This document shows positions 27,401-38,500 of a stretch of DNA of 64,000 bases, piece by piece. The translations under genes were made by a program, and so were the position numbers. The notes beneath the pieces are model-generated. The model had not been told where the DNA came from. It saw nothing but the letters and a program-made list of their open reading frames with translations, and did not search any database. Position 1 is the stretch's first letter; each line of letters begins with the position of its first letter. Source of the stretch: a virus; IMG/VR virus record IMGVR_UViG_3300023176_006361, positions 1-64,000 of that record; one strand, written 5' to 3'.

Positions 27401-30400
27401 TTAGGTTACGTTGATTCTTGCCCTTACATAATAATTGGTTGACGATTCCAGGACGACATTAGAAGGTACTTCCAGTTCCAATAAATTCTCGGTATCTGTA
27501 AGTGACTCATAAATGACATTGCTAAATGAAGCATCGTCAGCAATCTGCCAATCAGTTGAAGTATGTGAATAGTTAGCAGTGTCATAGCTAACATTATTTA
27601 GGTTGATGGTTGGTCTCAGACTTGTTTCAATTGGTAGATTGAATACTGGTTGATCAACAACGTTTGTTGTAAATGCTACTGGAGAACTCCATGCACTATC
27701 AAAACCAGCACTATCTCTATATCTAACTTCTACTGTATAAGTAGTGTTCCAATCAAGAACAGGAGCCAAGAATTCAATTTTTTGTCCACTATCTCCAGCA
27801 GGATCAAAGTCTACAGCAGTTGTATAAACAATCTGTCCATCACTCACTCTAGTAATTCTCCAGAATGAATATTCGTGACCATTACCAAGATAACTGATGA
27901 AGAGGCTAGATTGAATTCTAGGTTGTCTTACAAAAGTTTTGGTGGTTATGGCATCTACAAATCCTGCAGGGTTGATAGTAGGATTTGCAATAAACTGAAG
28001 TGTCAGGATTGCTGCGTTTGAATATGCAACTGCAGCACCTTCAGACTGAGCACTTAGACGATAATAATAACCATTGTTTGTAGAGTCTCCAGTAACTGAT
28101 AAATTATTTGAAATTGATGAAGGAATATCTGTCCAAGTAGCACCTTGATTAGAACTTACCTGCCAAAGATAGTTGATCGTTCTGTTGCTGGTAACAGATG
28201 CATTTGCAGTAAACGTAACTGGAACACCAGCAGTAGTAGAAACACTCTGGGGTTGTTGTGTAAAAGTAATGACTGGAGTCAATACTGTCAGAGTCGCAAC
28301 ATCAGATGTTATTGGTGAATTAGTTGCAGCAGGGTGACTAATGATGACTCTATATTGATCACCATTGTCATTCGCAGTTACTGTTGCTGGAGTTGTGTAT
28401 GAATTAGTTGTTTCTCCAACAAGTGGCGTCCATGTATTGCCATTATCATCTGACTTCTCCCACTGATATGTAACTACTGATGCATCAGATGCATTAGCAG
28501 TTACCGTGAAATTGGCCGCATCAGGTTGATATCTTGTTTGATCTTGTGGTTGAGAAACAATTGCAATGGTAGGTCTGACATTGACAGTCAGAGATGCTGC
28601 GTTAGATGTAATATCTCCTGCAGAACCTACAAGACTTACGACAACTCTATATTGATTTCCACTTGCTGAAGTAGCTACATTAGAAATAGTATACGAGTTA
28701 TTGACAGCACCAGTAATAGGTGTCCAAGTAGAACCAGAATCTGTAGATTCCTGCCATTGATAAGTTGCAGTTCCGCTTGATACTGTAGTCGCTACACTGA
28801 ATGTAACATTCTGAGTATCATAAACTGTTTGATCAGTTGGTTGAGTATCGATCGCAAGAGTTCTTTGAACAGTCAGAATAACTGCATTAGCAACAACTGA
28901 TCCAAGACCAGGAATGGATCCAGTTACGCGATAATAATCATCATTATCATCTGCGTATGTTGTACCTGAAACCGTCAGAGAGCTTGAAGTTTCCCCTGCA
29001 ACTGCCGTCCAAGTAGATCCTTGATCATCAGATCTTTCCCATAGATATGTGATTGATAGACCACTATTTGTGGACATGGCAACAGTAAATGTTGCATCTG
29101 TACCTTCGTTTACAGTCTGATTTGTGAGTTGAGTATCAACTGTAATCGAACCCTGAGTTACAGTCAGAATTGCAACATCAGATGTCAAAGGAGTATTGAC
29201 TGCTGAAGTCGATGAAACCTGTACTCTGTATTGATATCCAGTGTTTCCTGCTGGAGTTTGAATGCCACTCAATGAGAGAGTTGCATTTGTTTCTCCAATC
29301 ATTGTGGTCCATGTAGAACCATTGTCAGATGACTCTTCCCACTGATATTCCAGAGGAACATCATCAGTGCTTGCTGCCGTTACTGAGAATGTTGCAGTCT
29401 GACCTGAGATGATTGAAACATCTGCTGGTTGTGATGAAATAGTCAGGAAAGATCCAACATACTGCAAAGGCATTGCGTTGGAATATGTGGTTGCTGATCC
29501 AGAATCAGTAATCTCTAATCTAATCAGAAGATTATTAATTGCAGAAGTATCGTCTTTGATCGTCAAAGTTGTGTTGGTTTCACCAGAGAATCCAATTTCA
29601 GATGCAGCAATATTTGTCCAAGTTGCTCCATTATCAGAACTCTTCTGCCACTGGTATGTGTGTGGTGCAGTTCCTGGTGCTATATCATCAACAGTAATTT
29701 CTCTTGGGTTACTTCCACCACCTTTTGCAAGGACGGTCATACCATCTACCCAAATGTCATTTACATCAAAACCACCATTTGCTGGACCATTAGGGTTATT
29801 TCCACCTGGATCAGATGGTACAAATGCAGATCCTGGTTGATAATATGCTTGTCTCAGTGATGTACCAAAGATGTATGGATATACAGGAACATTACTTGAG
29901 TCAACAGTAATAAAGTATGCATATGTTCCATTTGGATAATCTGGGGTTACACCATAACGTCCGTTTGAACTATCAAGTGTTCCAGATCCTGGAGAATAAG
30001 TATAGTCTTGTAGGAATGAACCTGCACTCAAAGTTACTGACTGACCACTAACAGTAATAGTATCAGTATATTTGAAACCTACAGGTCTATGGGTATCAGT
30101 ATTGAGTTGACTAAATGATGAAGTCATTCTCGTAGGAGATGACGTATTATCATTGGCGTTTGTATAACCCCATGGACCATAAATTGGGTGACCATCAAAT
30201 GCCCAACCAATGATCTTAGAGTGACCATCAGGATGACGGAAATTATCTCCATTATAATTTGTTGTTTTATAATATGAATTTCCTTGTGCTACTGCACTCC
30301 AGTCGCCACTGAATAAGAATGTACCGCTGTGATAATGATATTCACCATTTTGTTCTGGATGTCCACCAGCACTGTCTACACCATAATACAATTCATTGTG

Positions 30401-33400
30401 AACAGCATTATACTCAAATCCTGGTGGTGGATTGTCTTGACTTCCTGGGAGAGCACCAGGACCAGCAGATGGGTTGAATAAAACAACACCATTAGATGCG
30501 ATACCAAGAGCACCAAGAGTCCATGGTGTCAATGATGGTGAATTTGTACCACCTCTATAAACAATTGTATGATTTAGAGTTTGTGCTGAAGTAGTATTTG
30601 GATTAGCGCCGTTTGGATGTGGACCATGAGTTGCTGGATCTGGAAGTTGATCAGAAACAATCGTCATCAAATACTCTGAAGCAGAGAAGTTGCTGCTTGT
30701 CAATGACAAACTATCATCAGCACTTACTCCATTTGGTCTAATGATATTGATTGCCGATCCAACCTGAGTTTGAAGTACCGTTAGAACTTGTGCAGTGGAT
30801 GTAACTGAACTGTAGAAAGAAGTTGAGTCAGCATCAGAAGTCCCTCCAGTTGTGGTAAAGTCGTAATAGATACGTGATCTAAATGAATAACCATTCAAAG
30901 ATAATGGTGGTAAAATTTCAAGTGTTCCTGTTCCAAGTCCAGATGTATACCAGGACTCAGTTCCATCAATATACGTATAACCATTTCCATCATCATATTC
31001 CCAGAGAATTACTCCATTTGGAACTGCGGGTGTTGAAAGATTTGTATAAGTTACTGTAAAAGTATATGGCGTGCTTTGATTGACACTACCTGTAGCAGGA
31101 ATATCTGTGCCGACACTATAGACTGGATCAACACTAACTACTCCACTTGTTCCTCCTTGAGTTTGTGAAACAAGCAGTTGTGGATGATCAATAAGAACAA
31201 CTAATTGAGCACCATCATCACTAGGATTGAATCCATCAATTGATGCTTCACCAACTCTTACACTGTAGAGTTGATGTCCATTAGATCCAGTTTGTCCTTG
31301 AAGTGCTTCGATTCCATATGGACTACCAGGAAGATACGAAGGATTTGCTGGCGTTGCCCCAGGATCATAACCAAGAGAAATTATTGGGGTAGATCCATCA
31401 CTGAAAGTCGCTTCAATTTCTACTCTACCTGTATTTGCTCCAGCAAAAATATTTGTCAGAGAAGCATTATCCCAATAAGTATTATGAGTAAGTGTTACTG
31501 TAGCAGTGAAGGTTCTTGCTAGAGTTCTAACATCCGCAGCATTTCCCGAATCTGCAGATACTACGCATGAGAAGAAGTAACCACTTATGTCAGTACTATC
31601 AGGAACAGTCAAAGTTGCTGTATTGACACCACTGACATTAGCAAGAACTGCTGCATCATTCCACTGTCCATTATTGACTGCTGCTTGAGTTGTAGCATAC
31701 TGCCAACCATAACTCAAAGATCCTGCATCAGAAGCAGATGCTGTAACAGCAAAAGTAGCAGTTCCACCATCTACTGGATATGATCCATCTCCAGTTGCAT
31801 TAGATGGTTGAACATCGATTGTAATTACTGCGTTATTAGTGCCTGAGAGTGTAAATGAACGATCAAGTACATTTCCAGAAACTTTTTCTCTAATACGGAA
31901 TGTGTAAGTTTCATCTGATGGACCTGAAGTTGCAGTTCCTGAAAATACACCAGTTGCAGAATTAAAGGTAAATCCAGAACCAGTAATTGTATAAACACCA
32001 TTACTCTCTGTAAATGCTGAGGTTGACCCAGTATCTACTAATTCAAATTCTGGTGTGATGTATTGGGAACTTACAGTTTCTCCAGCAAAAGTAGTGGTTG
32101 TTACTGATACTGTAGTTGTAAATGTAGATCCATCATTGAGAGTTATACCATCAATGTTATTTGGAGTTTCGCTCCAAGTAGTTGTCAGATCAACAAATGG
32201 GAAGAAGATGCCTTGACCGCCGTCATATGTAACTGACTGAGTTCCTGAAGAAACTGGATTATATCTTCTTTCTTCTTCTGGGTTTGCATTGAGATAAGCT
32301 GCTCCCCAACGACGACCAGCAAGACCGAGTTCAGAGAATCCACTACCAGTTGATTGTATAACTCTTGATTTTGGAACAGGGAATTGCTTTACAGCAATAC
32401 CACCACCATATTCCTCAGTTTCTAACTGAGCCCAAATATCACCAGCGACGAATGGATTACCGTCAGGTGCATTTCCAGACCTTACAACGCTTGAGTAATT
32501 AGTAATCCAATTATAAATTGCATCATTTGCAAAGAAAGTCCCTTCAATTTTGGTGAATCTCATTGGCCATCTTGGACGACCACCAATAATCGAGTCATCA
32601 TCTGCTTTATTGAACATGCTGCCGCCACCTTGTTCGGTGCCAGTTGCAGTTGTATCAGCAGTGAATGTAATAGTTTTATTTGTAGAGTCAATTGCCGTGA
32701 CTGTTCTCCACTTAGAGCAAAAATCTGGGAGAGAAATACCACCAATTGTTGCTTCAGTAACATTTGTTGCAGAAATAAGCTCTGCTCCCATTCCTGGATG
32801 ATTTTGGCAATAGTAGTAATAACTTGCTGATGTAGCAACAGTACTAGGAACGTCTGGGTGAGTATCTCCTCTTGGATCAATAAATTCAATATAACACTCT
32901 ACTCCGCCACCAACAGCAGCACTATAAGTTGCTTTATCTACTTCTCCTTGCCCAGCAACAAAATAACGAATACAATTGTTGGTGTTCAAGCTCAAACTAG
33001 TAAAATATGCATCAAAGGAATCTCCACCAGAATGAGTTCCATCTGATGTTGGAGAAATATCTAATGGATGAGTTGCATTAGATGCATCAGTTTGAAGGAA
33101 TCTATAAACTACACCTTGTTCAATGGAAAGATTTGGTTGAGATGCAGGAGATCCAGCAGCAACACCATTTTGAATTCTATCAAATGCAAATACTCCACCA
33201 GAAACAGTTACTTCATATTTTATGATTTCGCCAAGGTTGAAAGTATCTTTCTTTCTCTCATCGTGAAGTAGAGTTGTTGGATTTTGTGTTCCAGGATCAG
33301 TAACTCTGGGAAATTCAAATTCAAAAATATCACCTTGCTGAGGATTCAGTGCAGTATATACTGCATCATGAAGACTCAATGTAACATCAGTAGAACCGCT

Positions 33401-35305
33401 TGTAGTGCTAAGAGGATATCTCTTTGCTGTATCATTAGCAGCAGTTGTCATAAAATACGTTGTTGCTGCACCCTGACTGACATTGGTGAAATTTTGAAAA
33501 CCAACTGCAGATGGATCCTGGACTGTATGGTCAGTAAAACTTACAGGAGACTCTGCCGCCAGCGCAGCATTTGGTTGACCAAATTGTGCCTGTGCATCAT
33601 AAATGTCTCTCCAAACTGCAACCATGCCTGCAACAAGTGGAGATGAGAATGAAGTTCCACTGATTGTTACATGATTTGCTCCTGTATAATCAGATCCAGT
33701 AGTAGTGCTTGATGTCCAATCATAACTTGGGCAATAAATTCCTTGACCAGGAGCATAGCAAGTAACAGCTTCACCATAGTTGGTAAAAGTTGCGAATGTC
33801 TGACGATTACTTACAAGTCTCGTAGCACCAACAGTAAGTTTATCAAAACCACCACCTGACATTCCATAAGTATTTGATGAATAATTTGTCAGACTGATTT
33901 CTGGATCAAGTTCAGATTGTATACCAGAATCTCTTACACCATATCCAATTCTTGTATTTTTTGGACCATAATTTTGAGGATTGCTATCTGCGTCCGTCCA
34001 AGTCATGCCGTTACCAGCAGATCTAACGAGAGTAACTCTTGGTAATGAAGCAATTCTTGCCTCAGCATCTTCATATGCCTCATCAAAATTTGTTGTTGGT
34101 AAATTAGCTTCTCGAACAACAATTGTGCCAGTCATCGCTGAGTGAAACTGGCAAACATAAGTCAGAGTACCAGAATTATCTAAGAGCTGAGAAGTATCAA
34201 TCGTGACCTCACCAGTTTGATTATCTCCAGATGTTGTTGTAGCACCAGAAAATGCACCAAAATCATCATTGACCAAGAATGGGTGTCCAGATGCATTCAT
34301 GTTCATAACAAGAATGTCACCTTTGGTAACAGTCAGAGTCGGATCATTTGCATTAGTGTGTGTCGTAGTTCCATCAGTTCCAGAAAAAACATAATCACTA
34401 GAACCATTGTTACCTACATTGAAATTATATGTTTGTGGAGCATAGTTTTCATTTCTCCCCATGAAAGGAAATTCGGGAGTAGGAGAACTCAGACCAATAC
34501 TTACATTGACAACAGAAGATCTTGGTCTTGTATTTCCGTCAAGAGTATTTCCTTTGAATTCTGCATCGTCAGGATCATTGTGTCTATAAACAGCATCCCA
34601 TGCTTCCAGCATCTTAGTAGTAAAGATGTCACCATTATCATCAGATACTCTCAAAGCATAAATTTTTGCCTTATTTGCAACGCCAGCAAATCTACCTGCT
34701 GCCATGATTGCACAATAAGTTCCATGTCCATCTGAAACGTTGCTGCCAGTTGACTGAGGTTCATTTCCATCTGTAGTCCCTGGATCATATAGAGATGTTG
34801 GAAGTTCGTATACTCTGTAGTTACTTTGCTCAGTAGATCCATTCAGATTCGTAACATAATCTGGATGAAAAAATTCTGGGTGAAGTCCTGCACCAGATCC
34901 TGTTGGTCTGCTAGCACCTCGAATGCCTGAGTCAATAACATAGATATCTACATTTTCGCCATCATTTTTTGTGGAAAACGATCCAACGTTTGGATTTGAA
35001 TCATCATAATCCAACCTTGAAATCGCATCCAAATGCCAATACCTATTGCCAGAAGTTGCTCCTGGAACATAGGTACTTCTTGTTGCGTGAAGCTCAAAAT
35101 TACAATGATCTTTAGAAACCTTGCCCAACTCTAAGGCAGAAATTTCATTATAAAGTCTTTCTTGATCATCGCCGTCAAAGATGATTATGTCTAGACTTTT
35201 TAGAATCTTATATGAATCAATAGTTACGGAGGAAGAAACATCAGTCGCGATCTGCTCTAGAGATGCAGAAGGGGATGTTCTTTTGAGCAGGACTTTATTA
35301 GACAT
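27401..35305 (-). CDS. Giant multidomain protein (2634 aa): S8 subtilisin-like protease + 2 cupredoxin-like domains + YHYH domain + Ig repeats + FN3-like C-terminus
   Basis: Catalytic D (VDIYVIDSG), H (DGHGTYCA), oxyanion N (SAGNG), S (SGTSFSSPLVAG); CQFHSAM and CQNHPGM; GEYHYHSG...GWAFDGHPIYGP; repeated QP......G..ATF.V.A....L.YQW..S.D.G.TW. Confidence 0.9.
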   Translation of the reverse strand: MSNKVLLKRTSPSASLEQIATDVSSSVTIDSYKILKSLDIIIFDGDDQERLYNEISALELGKVSKDHCNFELHATRSTYVPGATSGNRYWHLDAISRLDYDDSNPNVGSFSTKNDGENVDIYVIDSGIRGASRPTGSGAGLHPEFFHPDYVTNLNGSTEQSNYRVYELPTSLYDPGTTDGNEPQSTGSNVSDGHGTYCAIMAAGRFAGVANKAKIYALRVSDDNGDIFTTKMLEAWDAVYRHNDPDDAEFKGNTLDGNTRPRSSVVNVSIGLSSPTPEFPFMGRNENYAPQTYNFNVGNNGSSDYVFSGTDGTTTHTNANDPTLTVTKGDILVMNMNASGHPFLVNDDFGAFSGATTTSGDNQTGEVTIDTSQLLDNSGTLTYVCQFHSAMTGTIVVREANLPTTNFDEAYEDAEARIASLPRVTLVRSAGNGMTWTDADSNPQNYGPKNTRIGYGVRDSGIQSELDPEISLTNYSSNTYGMSGGGFDKLTVGATRLVSNRQTFATFTNYGEAVTCYAPGQGIYCPSYDWTSSTTTGSDYTGANHVTISGTSFSSPLVAGMVAVWRDIYDAQAQFGQPNAALAAESPVSFTDHTVQDPSAVGFQNFTNVSQGAATTYFMTTAANDTAKRYPLSTTSGSTDVTLSLHDAVYTALNPQQGDIFEFEFPRVTDPGTQNPTTLLHDERKKDTFNLGEIIKYEVTVSGGVFAFDRIQNGVAAGSPASQPNLSIEQGVVYRFLQTDASNATHPLDISPTSDGTHSGGDSFDAYFTSLSLNTNNCIRYFVAGQGEVDKATYSAAVGGGVECYIEFIDPRGDTHPDVPSTVATSASYYYYCQNHPGMGAELISATNVTEATIGGISLPDFCSKWRTVTAIDSTNKTITFTADTTATGTEQGGGSMFNKADDDSIIGGRPRWPMRFTKIEGTFFANDAIYNWITNYSSVVRSGNAPDGNPFVAGDIWAQLETEEYGGGIAVKQFPVPKSRVIQSTGSGFSELGLAGRRWGAAYLNANPEEERRYNPVSSGTQSVTYDGGQGIFFPFVDLTTTWSETPNNIDGITLNDGSTFTTTVSVTTTTFAGETVSSQYITPEFELVDTGSTSAFTESNGVYTITGSGFTFNSATGVFSGTATSGPSDETYTFRIREKVSGNVLDRSFTLSGTNNAVITIDVQPSNATGDGSYPVDGGTATFAVTASASDAGSLSYGWQYATTQAAVNNGQWNDAAVLANVSGVNTATLTVPDSTDISGYFFSCVVSADSGNAADVRTLARTFTATVTLTHNTYWDNASLTNIFAGANTGRVEIEATFSDGSTPIISLGYDPGATPANPSYLPGSPYGIEALQGQTGSNGHQLYSVRVGEASIDGFNPSDDGAQLVVLIDHPQLLVSQTQGGTSGVVSVDPVYSVGTDIPATGSVNQSTPYTFTVTYTNLSTPAVPNGVILWEYDDGNGYTYIDGTESWYTSGLGTGTLEILPPLSLNGYSFRSRIYYDFTTTGGTSDADSTSFYSSVTSTAQVLTVLQTQVGSAINIIRPNGVSADDSLSLTSSNFSASEYLMTIVSDQLPDPATHGPHPNGANPNTTSAQTLNHTIVYRGGTNSPSLTPWTLGALGIASNGVVLFNPSAGPGALPGSQDNPPPGFEYNAVHNELYYGVDSAGGHPEQNGEYHYHSGTFLFSGDWSAVAQGNSYYKTTNYNGDNFRHPDGHSKIIGWAFDGHPIYGPWGYTNANDNTSSPTRMTSSFSQLNTDTHRPVGFKYTDTITVSGQSVTLSAGSFLQDYTYSPGSGTLDSSNGRYGVTPDYPNGTYAYFITVDSSNVPVYPYIFGTSLRQAYYQPGSAFVPSDPGGNNPNGPANGGFDVNDIWVDGMTVLAKGGGSNPREITVDDIAPGTAPHTYQWQKSSDNGATWTNIAASEIGFSGETNTTLTIKDDTSAINNLLIRLEITDSGSATTYSNAMPLQYVGSFLTISSQPADVSIISGQTATFSVTAASTDDVPLEYQWEESSDNGSTWTTMIGETNATLSLSGIQTPAGNTGYQYRVQVSSTSAVNTPLTSDVAILTVTQGSITVDTQLTNQTVNEGTDATFTVAMSTNSGLSITYLWERSDDQGSTWTAVAGETSSSLTVSGTTYADDNDDYYRVTGSIPGLGSVVANAVILTVQRTLAIDTQPTDQTVYDTQNVTFSVATTVSSGTATYQWQESTDSGSTWTPITGAVNNSYTISNVATSASGNQYRVVVSLVGSAGDITSNAASLTVNVRPTIAIVSQPQDQTRYQPDAANFTVTANASDASVVTYQWEKSDDNGNTWTPLVGETTNSYTTPATVTANDNGDQYRVIISHPAATNSPITSDVATLTVLTPVITFTQQPQSVSTTAGVPVTFTANASVTSNRTINYLWQVSSNQGATWTDIPSSISNNLSVTGDSTNNGYYYRLSAQSEGAAVAYSNAAILTLQFIANPTINPAGFVDAITTKTFVRQPRIQSSLFISYLGNGHEYSFWRITRVSDGQIVYTTAVDFDPAGDSGQKIEFLAPVLDWNTTYTVEVRYRDSAGFDSAWSSPVAFTTNVVDQPVFNLPIETSLRPTINLNNVSYDTANYSHTSTDWQIADDASFSNVIYESLTDTENLLELEVPSNVVLESSTNYYVRARINVT

Positions 35306-35513
35306 TCTTCTTTAGCAATTCCTTGAGTAGGGTTTTTATTTCAGATATTTCTTGCTTGAGATTATTTATATCTTCAACCGTTGTGTTCAATTTATGATGC
35401 TGTTTTTTGGACTGCATATATCTTTCATATGCAGTCCTGTCGGTATTGACTACAGCCCCCGTTTCCATGTTCTTGCGTAGGTCAGAATGACCTTCAATAC
35501 GTGCTTCTTTCAT
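35298..35513 (-). CDS. Small conserved cyanomyophage protein (71 aa)
   Basis: IEGHSDLRK..ETGAVVN.D...Y..Y then a coiled-coil tail; follows the VrlC-like gene. Confidence 0.8.
   Translation of the reverse strand: MKEARIEGHSDLRKNMETGAVVNTDRTAYERYMQSKKQHHKLNTTVEDINNLKQEISEIKTLLKELLKKNV
35363..35370 (-). promoter_or_regulatory. T4 late promoter consensus TATAAATA upstream of the protease gene
   Basis: Exact consensus 58 nt upstream of the ATG at 35305, inside the 71-aa gene. Confidence 0.55.
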
Positions 35514-35514
35514 A

Positions 35515-38500
35515 TTATGCGCTAGCGATACATCTTAGATCTTCAATTTTTGGAACATATGCTGGTCCCTTCTCATCATTCAGTCTCATGATAATTTTGA
35601 CAGAGAACTCAGAAAACTCTGGAAGATCTTCAACTGTGAACTTATATTCCTTGAAGGAATCAGCAAATTCTTGTGATGGATCAAGGATGTCTGAATCATC
35701 AACTTCAATATCATCTGCATTATCTGCTAAACCACTTGTCTCCTCATCGAAGTCAACTGGGAAGATGAATGCCTCTGCAACAGCGAGTTCAGTTGGAGAT
35801 CCAGCGGCAGTAACATTAGCAACTGTTACTTGAACTCCCGATCCACCACCAGCACCATCAAAAGTAGGATCAAATGTTAGATATTCTCCATCTTTATACC
35901 CAACACCTGGAGAATTCAGAACTACTGAAGAAACAATACCATTTGCGTCTACAGTGATATCAAAGGTTGCCCCAGAACCAGCAGATGGAAGATTTGTAGG
36001 TGAGTTTGGATCATAGATAGCTGCTACATTAGAATAAGAACCCTGAACATAACCTGCACCACCGCTGGTCAATGTTTGGTTTCCAGTCAAAGCATTTCCT
36101 GTTCCACCTGTATTTGAATCAATTATAACTCTAGGAGCAGACAGGAATCCAGATCCTCTCTTAGTAACCAAAATGTTAGTGAGAGTATTTGTATTAGTAT
36201 CAATCACAGGAGTAACTTCAGCACCATTTGCTGGTTCAAGAGTTACTGCTGGTGCAGTTGTATATCCTGCTCCACCATTTGTAATTTCAATCGATCTAAT
36301 AGAAGATTTCTCAGTAAACTTAGGATTGAAGTATCTCCATGGTTGTGAACTGATAATCTTATCAGATGAAGTAGGTCTGATTCGATACATTACTTGAATG
36401 TCTTTGTTAGCAAATAGATTTGCTGTCAAACGAACATCAATATTAGTAGCAGGGTTTTCCAGATTTACTGTCTTAGTCTGATACTTAGCACTATGTGATC
36501 CCATTTCACCTTCTTCTTCAGTTCTATAGAGGAATCCTCCACGATCAATAGGATCTGTTTGGAGATAATAGTCTGTAGATGCTCCAACAACCTGGAATAC
36601 ATATGGGGTCAGAGATGCAGTTGTTTGTGGTGGAGCAAATCTCATTCCTTGCTGAAGAATGAGTTCACCAGAAGCACTATTTACACTAGTAGTAGGAATC
36701 TTCAGATATCTGATATCAATATATTTTTCCTCTTGGTTTATACCAACAACCTCTGCTTGAATTATACCTGTTGAAGCTGATTCAATAGATCCTGTCACAA
36801 AGTTTCTAACTCCATTTGGATCTACCTTATAAACGTTCTGGATTACAGAACCAATTCCAATACCACCAATTTCTGCAGTACCGCCAAGTGAAGGGGTATT
36901 ATCAAAAGGATATAAGCGATAAACCTTATATCCAAATCTTGCTTGATCTGGCATTGGTTTATCAATTCTATTAGAAACTGTAAAGAGACTTACACGATCA
37001 AGATCAAGCACAGGAGAAACCGCATCATTTGTGGTTGACATGGTTATGTTGTACTTCAGAGACTTTCTACCATCATTTCTATAGATTTCATTGATTTCAG
37101 AAAGAACTGCATAGTTATCAGTCAGATAAGTATTCCTACCAGGAACAACAGAAATTGTTTCAGTTGAGAATGCATTTGGATTGTCATAATCAACAGAGTC
37201 TGCTTTCAAGGCATCGATGGTGTGCGAAACATTACAACTTGGGAACTGAAGAAGAGAGACTTGAGGTTGTAAAGTCTGGAACTGCTGGTTTTCAGTTGCA
37301 TATGCAAATACTCCACCGCCCCTACCACTTTCAGTTGCCTGATCATTCTGAGAGTTAGGATCTTTTGAAATCAGAACATCATATGAATCTATACCAACAT
37401 TCAAAATTTGATGGATAGAGTTCATCTTAGAAATGGCGATTCCATTCATAAGAGCATCTCCTGTACCAACACCCTGAACTCCCTTGAGAATCACGTAATC
37501 GCCCTCTGACATTCCATGGTTCTTGTGAGATACTCTTACAACTCTTGGATTAGAACCAAAGAGGTTGTCAGCATAAGCAGAAGGTGCAGATGCACTGCTG
37601 TAAATACTTTCCCCGATCGAGTTGCCACCTCTATAAGAGAGTTTATTGGTTTCAAATGGCGCAGGACCCATTCTGATGAATGGCATCTTATCATTTACAA
37701 GTTCGACAGATGCTGTAGATGTTGTGGAGAACTTAGCACGATTCAGAGTAAACTTGACATCTTCAAACTGATCAGCAGTCCAAAGAGTAGAGTTCTGAGA
37801 CTTGAAGAGAGATCCAAGATATGGTTGAGTAGAAACTCTCTGTGTTGTCCCAATTTCATTCTCACCAAGGCGAGAGATATACATGTTGTAATCGATGCTA
37901 TTTGAAACAACAACGAATGCATATTCAGTATTATTTTCAAGATAAATTGGTGATGGGAACTTGAACTTGGTTCCAACACTTGCATCATCTGAAGTACCTA
38001 CTCCCATCTCAACTGCATGAGATTCTCCTCTAATTCTGGAAATCGCTGTTGCTCCAGCACCATCACCCTCGATTGAAACTGAAGGTTCTGAAGTGTAACC
38101 AGATCCTGGATTAGTAACTACAATCTCAACAATTCTTTGGAGTCTTGCATCAATTTTTGCATATGCAGTTGCTTGTACACCACCAACTTGTTGTGGAGAT
38201 CCAATTGTAACTGATGCTGTAGTATAAGTTTCTCCAGTGTTTACCATCTCAATAGATGCTACCTGGAAAGAATCTCTTGCAATATTGACAATAGAAGTTG
38301 GTTCTGGGAATCTTTGAATTGAAAGAACTTCTCCTGGTTGGAAGTCAATTCCATTATGATTACTCAACTCAAGAGTATATGTTGTATTGCTGAAGTTTAC
38401 TGTAGTAGTTGTTCCTGTAATCTCTAAATTAGTTTTGACAGTTCCATTTGCACCAGAGGTCAGTCCAATAACAGTTTCTCCAGCAACGAAGGAAACTGCA

